Shown: in pieces, positions 39,796-52,689 of the stretch
How the letters are laid out: each line of letters begins with the position of its first letter
Position numbering within the stretch: position 1 is the stretch's first letter
NCBI GenBank assembly: GCA_015680685.1
Contig: MNCI01003240.1
Coordinates: 409,468-473,467, forward strand
Length of the DNA: 64,000 bases
From: Gnetum montanum
Lineage: Eukaryota; Plantae; Gnetophyta
Direction: 5' to 3'
Notes under the pieces: generated by a model
Seen by the model: the letters and a program-made list of their open reading frames with translations, nothing else
Databases searched by the model: none
What the model was told of the DNA's origin: nothing
Translations under genes and position numbers: made by a program

Positions 39796-42789
39796 CTAAA
39801 ATCACACAAGGACCAATTATTAATAAGGTTATTTAAAAAAAATTTGTTATCCTATACCTTACTCATTATATTTAATAAATTTTTTAATTAATTACTTAGT
39901 GTGATTCCAAGGTTAAAAATTTTTCAAAGAAGTTGCCCGAAAAGTTTAATGTTGAACCTAATCTATTTAGTAACTCATAAAATAATTTATATGACTTGGC
40001 TACAGGAAGAAAATTAGTTTGGCATGAATTTTTAATGGTACTTACCCTTATGATATCCTTTGTGCAATAGAAAATTTTGAAAAAACTATGGGCAAATTCT
40101 ACCCCTCCCCCATGACTAAGTTAAGGACTCTAGGTTTAATTAGGTTCAATCAGAAAAGAAATCAAAGCATTGAAGAGTGAAATATTGAAAGTTGAAATTA
40201 GACTTTCAAATCGCTAAAAATTGTGAAAGAAAATTTGAGTTGCTCCCCCATGTCACCTATTGAAAATGACTTCTATAGTGTGCGAGGGCCCATATATATA
40301 GTTTTTATAGACATGATATTGTGTACGTGATAGCACGTACTCGATATTGCATCAGACCCAATACCATGTACCCAATATCACATCCCTACCAAGATAGAGT
40401 ACTTACTATAATTGATTATTTTTTGAGTTTTAGGGGCAAATTTGAAAGATTTGAGGTAGATTCAAAAGGTCTAGGGTAACGTCAAGTGGAAATTGATGCA
40501 CTAAAAGTGTAATGAAGTGGATTCATACAGTGAAGTTCTTTTGAAAAGGGTAAGGAAAAAGGACACGTAATGGTTCTAAGGAACATTCAATTAAAATGAT
40601 GATAAAGAAATGAATAGATTTGGAAATGGAAAACTTAGAGGGTATAAAATGATGTGGTGGTGTGAAACTAGTACAAATTACAAAAGTCACACACATGGAT
40701 GCTCCCCAAGGTAAGTTCCAACTTATAATTGCCTTACATAACCATGCCTTAAAATGGCCATAGGCACTAGAATGGTTAAATGCAACCTGCGCATGTGCAA
40801 CAAAACACACATATGATAAGTACCATCACTAGGAGATATGAATTCTATGCCATAAAAGACACAAGTTAGAAGTACTTGGAGCATGAGAGGAGATGAATCA
40901 CAGAAGGGATTTTAGAGATTGGGACATGAGGTAACTTACCCTAGGCACAATGAATCCTAAGTGTTGTGTGTGATTAAAGTACCATTAGCCTTTTACTCTA
41001 AGATCAAAACCAAGTCCATACCTTTGATCAATGACATCACATTGTTTCATCCCAATGATAGACAGCCATAAGAGTATCATGATAGCAAGAAGTACAATCA
41101 CTTGGCATTTGGTGTAAGGAAGGAGTGATTCAAATTTGTCTACAGCACATTTTTTTTCTTTTGGATACTTTTGCACTTTGTCTTTCCCAAAGGTGATCTA
41201 GAGAAGTTGCCAATCTTTAGGCATGGATGCATGTCTTTCTAGTGGGACCTCCTAGAATAGCATTGATTTCTTTTATTGAGTGCCTTTATTACAACTCTTA
41301 CTCCTACTATTTGTTACATCTACAAGGATCTTAGTACAACCAAGCTACATGATAGCACATACAAATGTCACCAAAGAGAATCCAAAAGTTCCCTTGATGT
41401 CACATCCTTGACATTCCCTCTTAGTCCATCAATTTTCACTCTGGGAATAATGAGTACAAAGTTACTTTAAGTTTTAATGATAACAAGAATATCATCGTAC
41501 CTAGAGTAAGAACCTCTTATTAATAGAATGGGTTGGTGGATGTTGTGGACTCACTATCCAAATAATTAGTCACTTGTGACTTGATAACATACAATAACAC
41601 CTTAATCGAAAAGTTACATGAGTATTTTATTCATAGATGAAATTACCCACAAAAAGATAAAATGATAAATTGAAAAATGCAAAATTAGAAAACAAAAGAT
41701 TGTAAAATTGAAGACAAGGAAAAACAGTTACTAATTTTGCTTGTTAGAATGGGAAATATACCTCATGACTAAACCTTTGATCATGGAAAGAATTAATAAA
41801 TGGAAAGTTTGGGTCCATGCATGTTGGAAATATTAGGGTTCAATCATATCTAAACCACTAGGTGTCTTTTGGTGTGGTGGCAAGAATGTACCCAAATTGG
41901 GGTAGAATATAAGATGTGGTCAAGTGATAAGGAGTTGACTCACTGTAGCACTTATGATCATAAGACGATATGCAAGGACCAGTATGTCTCCTTAGGTTAT
42001 TAGATTCATTGGGTTGCATGGTTTTTGGAGTGTTGATTAATGGTATGGATAAGGTAACAAGAGACATTCAGTTTGAAGAGGAAGGTGCATCATAGTGTTG
42101 GGCTTGTGTTGAGTTGGAGGATATAGTGGTTTCATAACTATGCTATCTCTTTCTATGACCATGCCTAAAGAAAGGATGCTTCCAACATTGTGGAGGACTC
42201 CCATTGCTATTGATAGTAGTAGCACAATTAATGTTCATTGGTTGGTGTTGTGGTAAAAAACCTTCAGGTACAACTGGTGGCGATGTAGAAGAAGGTGAAG
42301 GATGAGAATATTGAGAGTAAGGAGGAGTAAAAGAAACATGAGGTGATGATCCCATAGGAGAGGACATGGGTTGATGATACTTGGGAGAGTGATAATGACA
42401 AGATGAGGTAGAGGATGTTGATCCAATTGAAGAAATAAAATGTTGAACATAATAAGCACTTGGTTTTGAGTGATAAAAAGGGTGTGGCTAGTTTGGTGAT
42501 GGCCTCCCCCATGACTAGGGATTTTGCCACCACTATTAAGCACAGTACCTCTATATAAAATCTGGATGTAGCATTCTTGCCCAATGCTCATGTAGGTGTG
42601 ACAAGATTGGGCATTAGCCTTTTAGGTGATCATACAGGAAAACATCACATTGATACTTATGATTTGTGGTTGAACCCCTATTCTTATTTTCTTCAACCCT
42701 TCTTTTTGATTGTCAAATGGTGTTTTGTCCTATTTCTAGGTTTGGTATCCTCTATTTGTTTTGGTCGTGAAAGTTATCTTATGTGGGTC

Positions 42790-44086
42790 TCCATCTAATA
42801 ATGTCTGCATATTCTTCACATTTCTCCTATACCCACTTTGTCATCTTGTTGATCTTTGCCTTGATTTCATCTAGTGATTTTAGTATTGGCAAAGATGGGG
42901 ATAGTTCCACCCCTTCAAGGTGAGATAATTTCTCCTCTTCATAAATATGGATCTTTGTTATTTCAGTATTTTGGTCCTATTGAGATTTTTCAGCATTCTC
43001 CCATTTCAGTATTTCTCCTTCTTCTTTTGCTACCCTCTTAATAAGCTCTTGGAATTGATGGATTTGTTGTTCATATAGTTGACCTTTGGCATACATCCCT
43101 AGGGTCTCCCTTGTTTTTTTATGGAGCCCATACATGATGTGACACATCAACCTTTCCTCAGAGAACCCATGGCCTAGGAATTTGTTTAACAATGAGTAAT
43201 ATCTTTCTAAGGCCACATCCAAGGATTCATGTCACCCTCGTTTCCACTTTTGGATTTGTCTTCTTAAGGTTGGCACTCTTGCATAGGTTTGATATCTTTT
43301 GTTGAAGTGTTTTACCATTGTAATCCAATGGCAAATTGAGTTCAATCCTAAAGACATATACCACACTTTTTCTTGGCCCATGAGTGTCATAGGGAAGAGA
43401 TTAAAACTTTGCCACCCATTCTCAATGTTGTTCCATGCATAGGCAGCATATAAGGCTTGTAAATGGTGTTGCGGATCTAAATCATAGCTTCCTGAGAACT
43501 TAGAAAAGTTGTTTAAGTCAAGCCTAGGTAAATGGATTTTCTTGTGATGCTTGTAGGATATCTGAATGGCCTCTATTATATGCATTAGGATCTTAGTGAC
43601 TAGCAGTGGTTCATCGTCACTAAATAGGTTATGAGTTTGTGAGTTGGGATGATGTTGTCTATGTTCATGTTGGCATTCCTAATTTTTCCCATGGGTTTGA
43701 TTTTTATTTCCATGCCAACCCCTTAAGCAATAGTCATCCATGTCACAACCTGACATTGAAAGAGTAGAGGAAGAGAGGAAATTGATAGACTTGTCATGAC
43801 TTTTGTAAGTCTCCCAATCATCCCTTGATGTACTCTTGCTACCCATTGAGAAGGTCCTAGGCCTTATAGTCCCCCTCATTCTAGGGGATATCCCATCTTC
43901 ACTAGAGGTGTTTGAGTTGGATGACAATAGTCCTTGAATATTGTTGGGGTGTCTATGAACATATGAAAATCCTGCATAAGATTGAGTACTCCAAACTTCT
44001 TCCTCATTATAAATCTCATTGGTTCTCCAATGAATTACCTCACTAGATGTTCTATTATCACTATCTTGTGAAAGAGAAATTTTCAT
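42790..44086 (-). pseudogene. Gag of element D
   Basis: FSKFSGSYDLDPQHHLQAL...LFPMTLMGQEKVWYMSLGLNSICHWITMVKHFNKRY and ALERYYSLLNKFLGHGFSE..IMYGL are Athila-type Gag motifs. Confidence 0.85.
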
Positions 44087-44122
44087 GAATTGTGTATGAT
44101 CTAATCTAGATAACTAGCATCA

Positions 44123-44140
44123 TCCCTAACAATGATGCCA
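44123..44140 (-). promoter_or_regulatory. Primer-binding site of element D (tRNA-Asp, Athila type)
   Basis: The minus strand reads TGGCATCATTGTTAGGGA, which is TGGCGCCGTTGCCGGGGA with only C>T and G>A changes. Confidence 0.85.
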
Positions 44141-44141
44141 A

Positions 44142-45030
44142 TGATGAGTGGGGAGTTACCCCAATGCTCAACCATATGAATACAAGCGTATATGCACGAT
44201 TTGATCAAACTCCACAAATAAACTAGTTATGGTACTTAGATAGTTATACATTGATCGCAGTTCACTATCTTCCCACTTGGACTAGTAATTTCTTTGTCAC
44301 ATATGGTTTGGTCCAGAGTGAGGTGTATGATGTGGTTTCTACTACTATGCTACTCCTAAGGACAATAAGAGATAACTTGATTAAGCTAATGACCAATAGA
44401 AAAATAAGATCTAAGCTAGCCTAAGTACGATGAGCATCTGTGCCTAATTTTCCATATGCATCTTAGACTTTGTGTACTACTTTTGGGATTACCAAGTGCA
44501 CATCACTTGAAGCACTACTCAATACACTACTAGGTTACCATGTAGTTACACTTAAATGTTCGTGATTAAAGCTTACTCATTCCACATTAACAACAAGAGT
44601 AGTAAATGATGATAAAATAAATATTAACTAAGAAAATAACAATAAATAATAATTAATAAATAATCAAAACAAATTAAAAGCTAAGTGAATACTACAATGA
44701 TGGAGTAATCCCGATCTTTATTGTTGATCATGTGTGTGTCCAAGTACATCACACACAAATAAATGTTCCATACAATTATAAGCATCACACTATGAGCATG
44801 CACTTGGGAAAGAACTAAAAATGAAAATGCTCGATAAAGACTAACAAAAAGGACTGACTCAAAGATTGACCAAAAGCTCAGCAAAAACTTTTATTGTGCA
44901 CCTAAGTGCTATATGTATATGCTAACATAGGAATCATGATATCGTATATATGATATCGTATCCAGGATGCAATATCATGTACCCAATATCATGTACTAGA
45001 TATCAGGGCTTGGAAAACTACGATTCATCA
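44142..45030 (-). repeat. 5' LTR of element D
   Basis: Direct repeat of 35964-36839, adjacent to the PBS, with a CGATATCG-derived motif array at 44935-45005. Confidence 0.92.
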
Positions 45031-45035
45031 GTAGG

Positions 45036-46891
45036 GATACGTGTTAACCCTAATAAGGTTAAGGCCATATCCAAATTAGTAGCATCTATCAACCTTATAA
45101 AGCTTCAAGGATTACAAGGTAGATTATAGTTTATTCATATGTTTATCGATAGGCTTACAAATAAGTTGCAGCACATGCAACACTTGCTTAAGAAAGGGAT
45201 TCACTGTGAGTGGATAGCTCAATGCCACAAGGCCATTAAAAACCTTAAGAAAGAGTTGATACAATTGCCAACAATTTATCCTCTACAAGGCGGTAAACCA
45301 TTCTACATTTACCTTGCCATATCTAATATCGTCAATACCTCTCTACATTGTCAGAAATGTGATGATGAAGTAGAAATGCCTATATACTACCTTAACAATG
45401 TGTTAGTTGCCCATGAAGCTTGATACAATGAAGTGGAGAAGTATTTTCTAGCACTAGTCTTCTCCTTGAAGAAATGAAGACACTACCTCGTCAAAAGCCA
45501 AGTGAACATAATTTGCAAGGAAAACATACTCAATGCCAGAATGATCAACATTTATGAAAGTAGTTGTATAGCCTAATGTAAAGTAATAACCATGGAGTTT
45601 GACCTTCGTTACATCTCTCAATCTCAAAAACAGGTCAAGCTATACTTGTATAACTTACAGTTTCACCTATTGATAACCAAGAAGCCATAGATCCTAAATT
45701 CCCTAATGAACACATTAATGTAGTTAGCCAAGTGCTTAAGGGTTATGAGGTAATCATGCACTTTGAGGGAACTTCAACTACCCATGGGGCCAGTGTTGTA
45801 GCCATCATAGCATTCCCATTTGGTGAAATATGACTCTTCACCTATTATTTTGGGTTGCCATGTACCATCAACATAGTGGATTATGAAGGTTTGATTAGAG
45901 GGATGATGGTAGCTCGTGACTTAGGAATTATATACTTAGCAATCAAAGGTGATTCATAACTTGTGGTTAACCAAGTAACCAAGATCTATGTTTGTAATTC
46001 CAAGCACTTACAACCTTACTATGATCTAGGGAAGAAATTGTTACAAAAATTCATAGATATTGATATCCAACACATACCCCAAAATGAAAATTCCATTGTT
46101 AATGCAATTGTAATGTTAGTCCTTATTGTGATGCCAAATGTGTTTAGTAAGTTGCCCATCTTAACCATGAACTATGCTACTCCCATTGCACAAAATACTA
46201 AGATTACCTTTGTGGCTATCATTCATACTACTCATCCCAAGGAGTAGTATGATGATATCAAATTTTACCTTATGCATGGAAAATCCTCATAAGGCTTGAC
46301 TTCTACTTAGAAGGATGTTCTATGCAAGTGATCGATGTAGTATGTCATCGTAGGTGATAACACATTATGTTAATCATCCTATGATGGCATAAGCCTAACA
46401 TGCTTAGGTAAAATTGATCCTAGAATAGTCCTAGATGAGGTTCATGAGGATGTTTGTGGAAGAAATATCAAACCTAGATTTATGATTGCTAAGATTAGAT
46501 AGTTATGCTACTATTGGCTCCATATAGAAAATGATTGCCTGCAGATGGTTAAATAGTGTGACACATGCTAATGATATAGAAACATTATACATGTACTACC
46601 AATTGAGTTACATACCACTCAAATAATGTGATCATTTCAATGATGGGGATTGAATATCATTAGGCTCATAATGCCTAAGTCTTGCACAAGGCATAGCTTC
46701 ATCATCACCACAACTGAAGACTTTACAAAGTGGTTCGAGGCTATTCTCTTAAGGAGGACTACATTTAAGTAGATCTAAAAATTCATTCTAGATAACATTC
46801 TAGATTGTTTTGGCAGATCCATGATCATATTTATAGCAAATGAACCATAATTTAGTATCCATGAAATGAAATATTTCTCTCACAACCTAGG
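45036..46891 (+). pseudogene. pol of element C, segment 2 (RT C-terminus, RH, aRH, integrase N-terminus and core)
   Basis: YNEVEKYFLALVF; aRH HFEGTS..TINIVDYEG..GDS.LVVNQV; EVHEDVCG..YYW..CDTC; FTKWFEA. Confidence 0.92.
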
Positions 46892-48166
46892 TGAAACACC
46901 ATGAAATTTTGAGACCTCAATGATTCAAAAAAGTCTCAAAGTTTAGGCAAGGATTTCACAAGTGTAGCATCAAGACATCCAAGTAATGGAAGCACCGAAA
47001 ATAGTTGCACATCTCAGCAAGTTGTTTTTTTTTGGTTGAGGGCCTACTATGCTACACTACATAGCTCAGTGTAGCAAAATTTAGGAGGACAGAATAGAAC
47101 AAGGGATGCACGGTGACAACACTTCAACTTTACAAGTTAACCATGCTTCAAAATCTTAAATTTTTGCATAGTACGCTACGTTATGCTATGCAACGTAGTG
47201 CAGTGTAACGCAAGTAGCACAGTTGAAATAGCCACAACAACAAGGATAGAAAAATTCAAATAGTAGTAGTCATTATGCCATGATACACTTCCTAGTGTAT
47301 TATTGTGTAGCCACAGGGTGATTATGCTATGCTATGCTTCAGATCATGGCACAGCGTAGCATCGCAAGTTTCAGTTGCAGCAAGCTAGGTCAATGACATT
47401 CTGCGGGCCCAAGACATGTATCATCTAAACCAAGTTCTTCTCCTAACCCTAATCCTATAAATACCCTGGCGGATAATGCTGAAAGGGTTGGTTGGTTGGT
47501 TTGTTGGCTGGCTGGTGAAGAAAACAAAAGAGTTGACAACAAAAACAAAGAGGTTGAAAAATTTAAGGAAATTGACAAAAAGTTGGCAAGAGCATCGATA
47601 GTGATTAGAGAGAAGCTTTTTGGCCAGAGATTGCAAGTTAGCAAACATTTTTCTTTGAGCCTAACTCCCTTGCACCCAGATTGGCTAGTGAACAAGGTAG
47701 ATTGACCTTTTTCTTGTTTCTAAATAGCTTTTTGTTGGTGGTGGATACTTCGTCCAAACTAGAGTCCACTTGTAAATATCATTGTATTTATCATATTTTT
47801 CTATAAGATAGATCCCAAATCTCGGGATCGTGCATTTTATAAATTCAATTCATTGCATCCTGTTTACGTTGATTTTTATAGTCGTTTTGCATAGTTTACA
47901 TCATTTTCATTGCCTTCAAGATCTGATCTTGGAGTAGATCTCATATTCTCTTCAGTTGGTATTACATTCTCATATCAAATCGTCATCTCATACATGATCG
48001 TTAACAAATTTACTGACTAAGTAAATCCCTGCTTGATCGACAAGATCATTCATAGCACCTTGGATTTTTTTTCTCCAACATAGCCCTTTCATGGATCTGG
48101 GGTTGAAAATATGTACACAAAAATCATCTTGGTGTTTCTAGCAACTGGCATTTTCCATCGTTATAG
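46892..48166 (+). repeat. 5' LTR of element A
   Basis: Starts TGAAACACC, has CTACG/CGTAG motif arrays and CCTATAAATA near 47454, and ends TA (decayed CA). Confidence 0.95.
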
Positions 48167-48171
48167 TTCTT

Positions 48172-48188
48172 TAGCACTAGAAGGACGG
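48172..48188 (+). promoter_or_regulatory. Primer-binding site of element A (tRNA-Asn type)
   Basis: TAGCACTAGAAGGACGG resembles TGGCGCTAGAAGGAGGG and lies 5 nt after the LTR. Confidence 0.75.
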
Positions 48189-48469
48189 CATGAACCTCTG
48201 ATCTGCATTTCACGGGTAGCCCTGTAAGCTGTCTATACCCATTATTGACTAGCGTAAACGTGAGACCTCCATGGTAGTTTACGTGATCGTGTGGTATCGT
48301 TCGGTCACTTCGACGATTCCTCTAGAATATAGCAGGATAGAAAGCCCATGTTTGCCTTTAGCCCACTTTTGCCTTTGTGATCTTTATCCCTATTAGCATT
48401 GCCTTCTAGCTATGTAGAGAATGGCTATGACAACCACCACCATTTCCACTGCTAGTCTTGAAAATCCCA

Positions 48470-51400
48470 TGATGGTCTAGGCTACAGCTGTTGTTGTCGA
48501 GCCATTGACCAGTTCGGTGCAACCACGTCGATCCCTTAGGATTGAAAAAAAAGAGCCTGAGGGGCACCCTCAGTGCATGGAACATTACAACTTCCTTTGT
48601 GCGAAACTTATGGCGAATCTGCCTATGTACCCACATGAACTCAAAGAGAAACGTGAATACGAGTTCATGTACTGTAACAGGAAGGAATTCGTTCCTTCGC
48701 CTAATGCTTCCATACCCTTTACGGACTAGCAATAGTGAATCTTGAATCAACTAGTAATGGCTAGGGCATCAACAGAATAATGAGATGAGGTGTTCCATGA
48801 TGGGCAAGAGGACCTAGATTCCCACTCTGAGGGAGGCAGTCATGCTAGCTTTGTTATGGCTCCTCCCTCCATAGTGCCCATGAAAATCCACTCTTTATGA
48901 TCACTACACATTTATCTTTATCTACTACCAACCATGTTGCGCATTCATTACATCAACATTTTTTCTCTCTGGCTTCCTTTCAAGATGTTATCCCTTCATA
49001 GTCCATTCCTCTGTAGTCATGGTCAGCCAACCCATCGCATCGTGTACTTACACCTACGTTACCATATGTGCACATAGTACCCACTTCACAATTATACACA
49101 GCTTCTTCATCCATCCCAACATTCACTTTTGCTCCACCATCAATGGCAGGACCTGCCCCTACTGCGTGGTGGGCTCCAAATACATCACCCCCTGTTGCAC
49201 AACCTACAAAGATGTCCTATCTTTCTCATCATTAACACCAAGTCCCACAAGCGGTAAATCCAATTATAGGGTAATTGTCTATGCCATTGGCTATGCCAAC
49301 AGTGTATCCTATGGCATAATCGATGGTCATCACCCTACCTACACCACCTACTAGGTGGTGGATGACACAAGTAGTACTACCCGTAGTGACAGTTTCGATA
49401 GCATCACCCATAGGCCATGTTGCTGCTCCTAACCCACCACCAGTCGTGGCTCCACCTTTATTCCACAGCCAACCTCTTCATCTTCAAGTCTAGATCAAGC
49501 CTTCCAGCTTATTCAGACCCTTACCGAAGAGGTTAAATGCCTCAAAGCTACAGGTTCTAATACAGTATAGGTCATGTGTTTCTACCATGACAATCCTATC
49601 AGTTTGGTAGTTCCCATCTTGTCATTACCTCCTGGGATGCCACTTTCCCATTTCAAAAAATACAATGGGAAAGGCAATCCCAACGCTCATCTCGTTACCT
49701 TCAAGACAAAGTCATTGTTGCTACAACAATGACCACATACCATTATCCATGTTTTTTCTATGTCCCTAACGAGTAAAGCTTTGGATTGATATCGTGCACT
49801 TCCATGCTCTTTCATTTCAACCTTGGAAGAGCTGCTAACTTAATTTGTAACCCATTTCAAATACAACCTGAAGCTAGAGGTCATGCTAGACTAGTTAATG
49901 GGAGTTAAGCAAGATCCGCTAGAACCGGTCCAAAAGTTTATACAACAGTGGAGCACCACCTTGAATGAAATTCATGAGCCCATCACAGAGGCCCATCTGT
50001 TGGGAATTTTCAAGGGGGTAGTAAATGAATTTATTAAGTATAAACTATATTATCTCACTCCCCACTCCCTCAGCCAAGCCTTTGCTTAGGCTAAGAGCAT
50101 CCAAGACACGACAGAGGCTAGCAAAGACCCAACGTATGTGGCCTATAAAAATACCCACAACAAAAGCAAAGACAAGGGCAAGGCTGCAACAAAAATAGTA
50201 GTAGCCATGGCCAAAGAGGCGAAAAAGAAAAATAACAAAAAAGAGATAGCTACAGTGCCTGCTGAGACTATAGCTAGTTCAAATAATGTCAACCAGCAAA
50301 ACAACATCAACTCCTGAGACATCGCCTTAGTCGAAGCCTAATTTCGAGCATAAAGACCGCTCAAAATATATGGCCCTACCTGTTAAGCCTTTAGAACTTC
50401 TAAAGAAACTGCTGGGAACTAGTCACATTCAACACAAGAAGGTGTCCGAGGAGGCTCTAAAATGCCACAAACGGCATTGCGAGCTGCTCAAAAATCCCTC
50501 CTTGGCCTTGCCAAATGAACCACCAGTTCCCAAGAACTTCAAGTTGGAACATTTCTACGACTATCACTAGCTATGTGATCATGACATGGACTACTATTGG
50601 GAATTGAAAGATGATATTCAATGCATGATCGACCAAGGCAAGCCGATCCTTGACAGCAGTAGTCTGGTTCATCTAGAAAACTAGTCTATGCACGTGTACC
50701 AAGCCCCGTTAAATGCAAATAACGTAGGGTAAACCATCAATGTGGTGGGTATAGATGGTGATGGCCCAGCACCATCGTAGAAACCCTTTCTATTGTGCAT
50801 GCCTCCTCACCCACCTCACATGACAAACCCATTGACATCGACAGACATGGCGCAACAACAACCCTTTGTCCTCGGAGTTCTGCCTCAAACGTCTATTCCA
50901 CAGCTGATTGTCATTAAAGCCACAGCCTAACCCCCAGTGATAGCTAAGGCACCCTTTGTCATCAAGGTGTCAAAGCCATCAGCTACTCCTCCTATGCAGG
51001 GGCAAATGTCTAAGTCAATGCCCCAACCTCAACCCACAAGGAGAGAAGAAGGACATGTGATAGATAAAATAGCTAAAGACCGCATTACGTTGGGGTTTCC
51101 TAAGCCTACCCCTCTAGCCTCGATGCCCTTGGCTCCTTCTTCCTCTAACAATTACAATGTTACATAGGCACAACCATCTTCCCCTTGCCCAAGAAAATAC
51201 AACCCTTGACCAAAAACCATTCGTCCTTGAGAGATCCATCTCCTGGGAAGAATGGAAGAAGAGAAGAGCAACAAAAAACCAGACCATGGGCATAATCTCC
51301 TTGATGCTTTTATGTAAGCTAACTAGGCTCTCAAATAGAAAAATACAATGTTGAGCCTATATGACTTGCTGATGACATCCCAATCACATCATGAAGCCAT

Positions 51401-52200
51401 GGTTTGCATCCTAGCATCCATACTAGTGGACGAAAGCTTACTAGCAGATGAAGAAGCAATCCATTCAATCATGCTTCCCCCCCTGCTGAACAACCACAAC
51501 CTTTCCAACTGACATTCCATGACGAGTCCATTAAGGATGACCCAGAAAAGGGTCAGGTGACAACAGCACCCATGTTCATCACTATCCAAGTCGGCCAGTA
51601 CAGGATCCAGAGAGTACACATAGATGATGGGGCCACTGCCAATGTCATTCCATTTTCCATAGTGGAAAAACTGGGTTTGATCAACCAAATCAATCCCATG
51701 ACGATGTCATGCTTGAAGTCATTTAACAGGGCATAGGTGCAAGGTAAGGGAACTATATAGATTAAGTTTGTAGTATTGGATCAATTCTCCACAAATGCAT
51801 TGTTCATTGTTGTTGAGGAGATGCCCAACTTCAACCTAATCTTGGGGAGGTCTTGGTTGGCTCAGCTAAGGGCCGTCTCATCACCCATTCACCAAGAGAT
51901 CCACTTGCCCTATGTAGGAGGGGAAGTGATCATCCACGGTGATAAGATGACTTCTCAAGCTGTCAACAACATGGAGATGGAACAGGGTTTGGATATTGAA
52001 ATCCCTGAAGATCAAACGCCTATCCCAACAATCGAATAGATCGACATAGTGGACAATGAAATCTTGATTTAGGCTGAATTACCCTTCTAGGGAGGGGATG
52101 ATAGCATAGAGTAGTGGTGTAACAAAACTCCTCATCCATACACATCACCAAATCTAAGAATGATCAAGAAGCAACTGTGGAACTAACTAACTAACAAGTT
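48470..52200 (+). pseudogene. Gag-aspartic protease of element A
   Basis: Pro-rich N-terminal region, FKKYNGKGNPNAHLVTF..MSLTSKALD, and protease RVHIDDGATANVIP...NFNLILGRSWLAQL. Ends are approximate. Confidence 0.9.
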
Positions 52201-52299
52201 AGCATAGCATGTTACATCGGTCCACATTGCTTACTATTACGTTGTTTACATTCTTTATCATTTCATGTTACATCATCTACCATTATGCTTCTTCACTAT

Positions 52300-52545
52300 T
52301 GCCAGCCCAAAATTTCCTTAAACTATCACCAGCCCGAAATGGCCTTAAACTATCGTCGGCCCAAAATGGCCTTAAACTATCAGTAGCCCGAAATGGCCTT
52401 AAACTAGTTATGGCCCACTATGGCCTAAAACTGGTAATTCCATTTATTGTTTTCCATGTGTGATGGCCTAGCCTAAAATGGCCTTAGACTATTACCCGGC
52501 CTAAAATGGCCTTAAACTATCGCTACCCAGTAGTAGCCTAAAATG
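52300..52545 (+). repeat. ~27-bp tandem repeats downstream of the protease in A
   Basis: GCCC(G/A)AAATGGCCTTAAACTATC occurs about 8 times and appears as (ARNGLKLSx)n in ORF 52209-52463. Confidence 0.85.
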
Positions 52546-52689
52546 TGTAACCTTTCTGAAAAAGTGTTTTTCTTCATAAAAAAAAATTAAAACCTTTCTT
52601 TTACAAACACCATTAACTAGCTTAAAAATAAAAAAAATGTTATTCTTTATTGCCTTTTATTACAACAAAAATCCTTGACCAGTATTGCT

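Larger units (their letters stand above)
35964..45030 (-). mobile_element. Element D: complete non-autonomous (pol-less) Athila-like LTR retrotransposon, ~9.07 kb
   Basis: TG..CA LTRs at 35964-36839 and 44142-45030 with a perfect TSD GTAGG (35959-35963, 45031-45035). Removing it restores GFVVSKVGIRVNPNKVKAI. It has a tRNA-Asp-type PBS, gag and a second ORF; I found no RT or INT motifs. Confidence 0.92.

Noticed and set aside
47390-47705. Duplicated ORFs at 47390-47705 and 59473-59936
   Set aside because: They sit in A's two LTRs around the TATA/R region, are open on both strands and show no recognisable motif.
51610-51640. The protease active site IDDG instead of D(S/T)G as a novelty
   Set aside because: Variant D-x-G motifs (DNG, DGG, DDG) are common in Tat/Ogre proteases.
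52300-52545. CRISPR-like repeat-spacer arrays (also 24340-24580, 28330-28520, 57470-57830)
   Set aside because: These are degenerate tandem units without unique spacers, with no cas genes, in a eukaryotic retroelement context.
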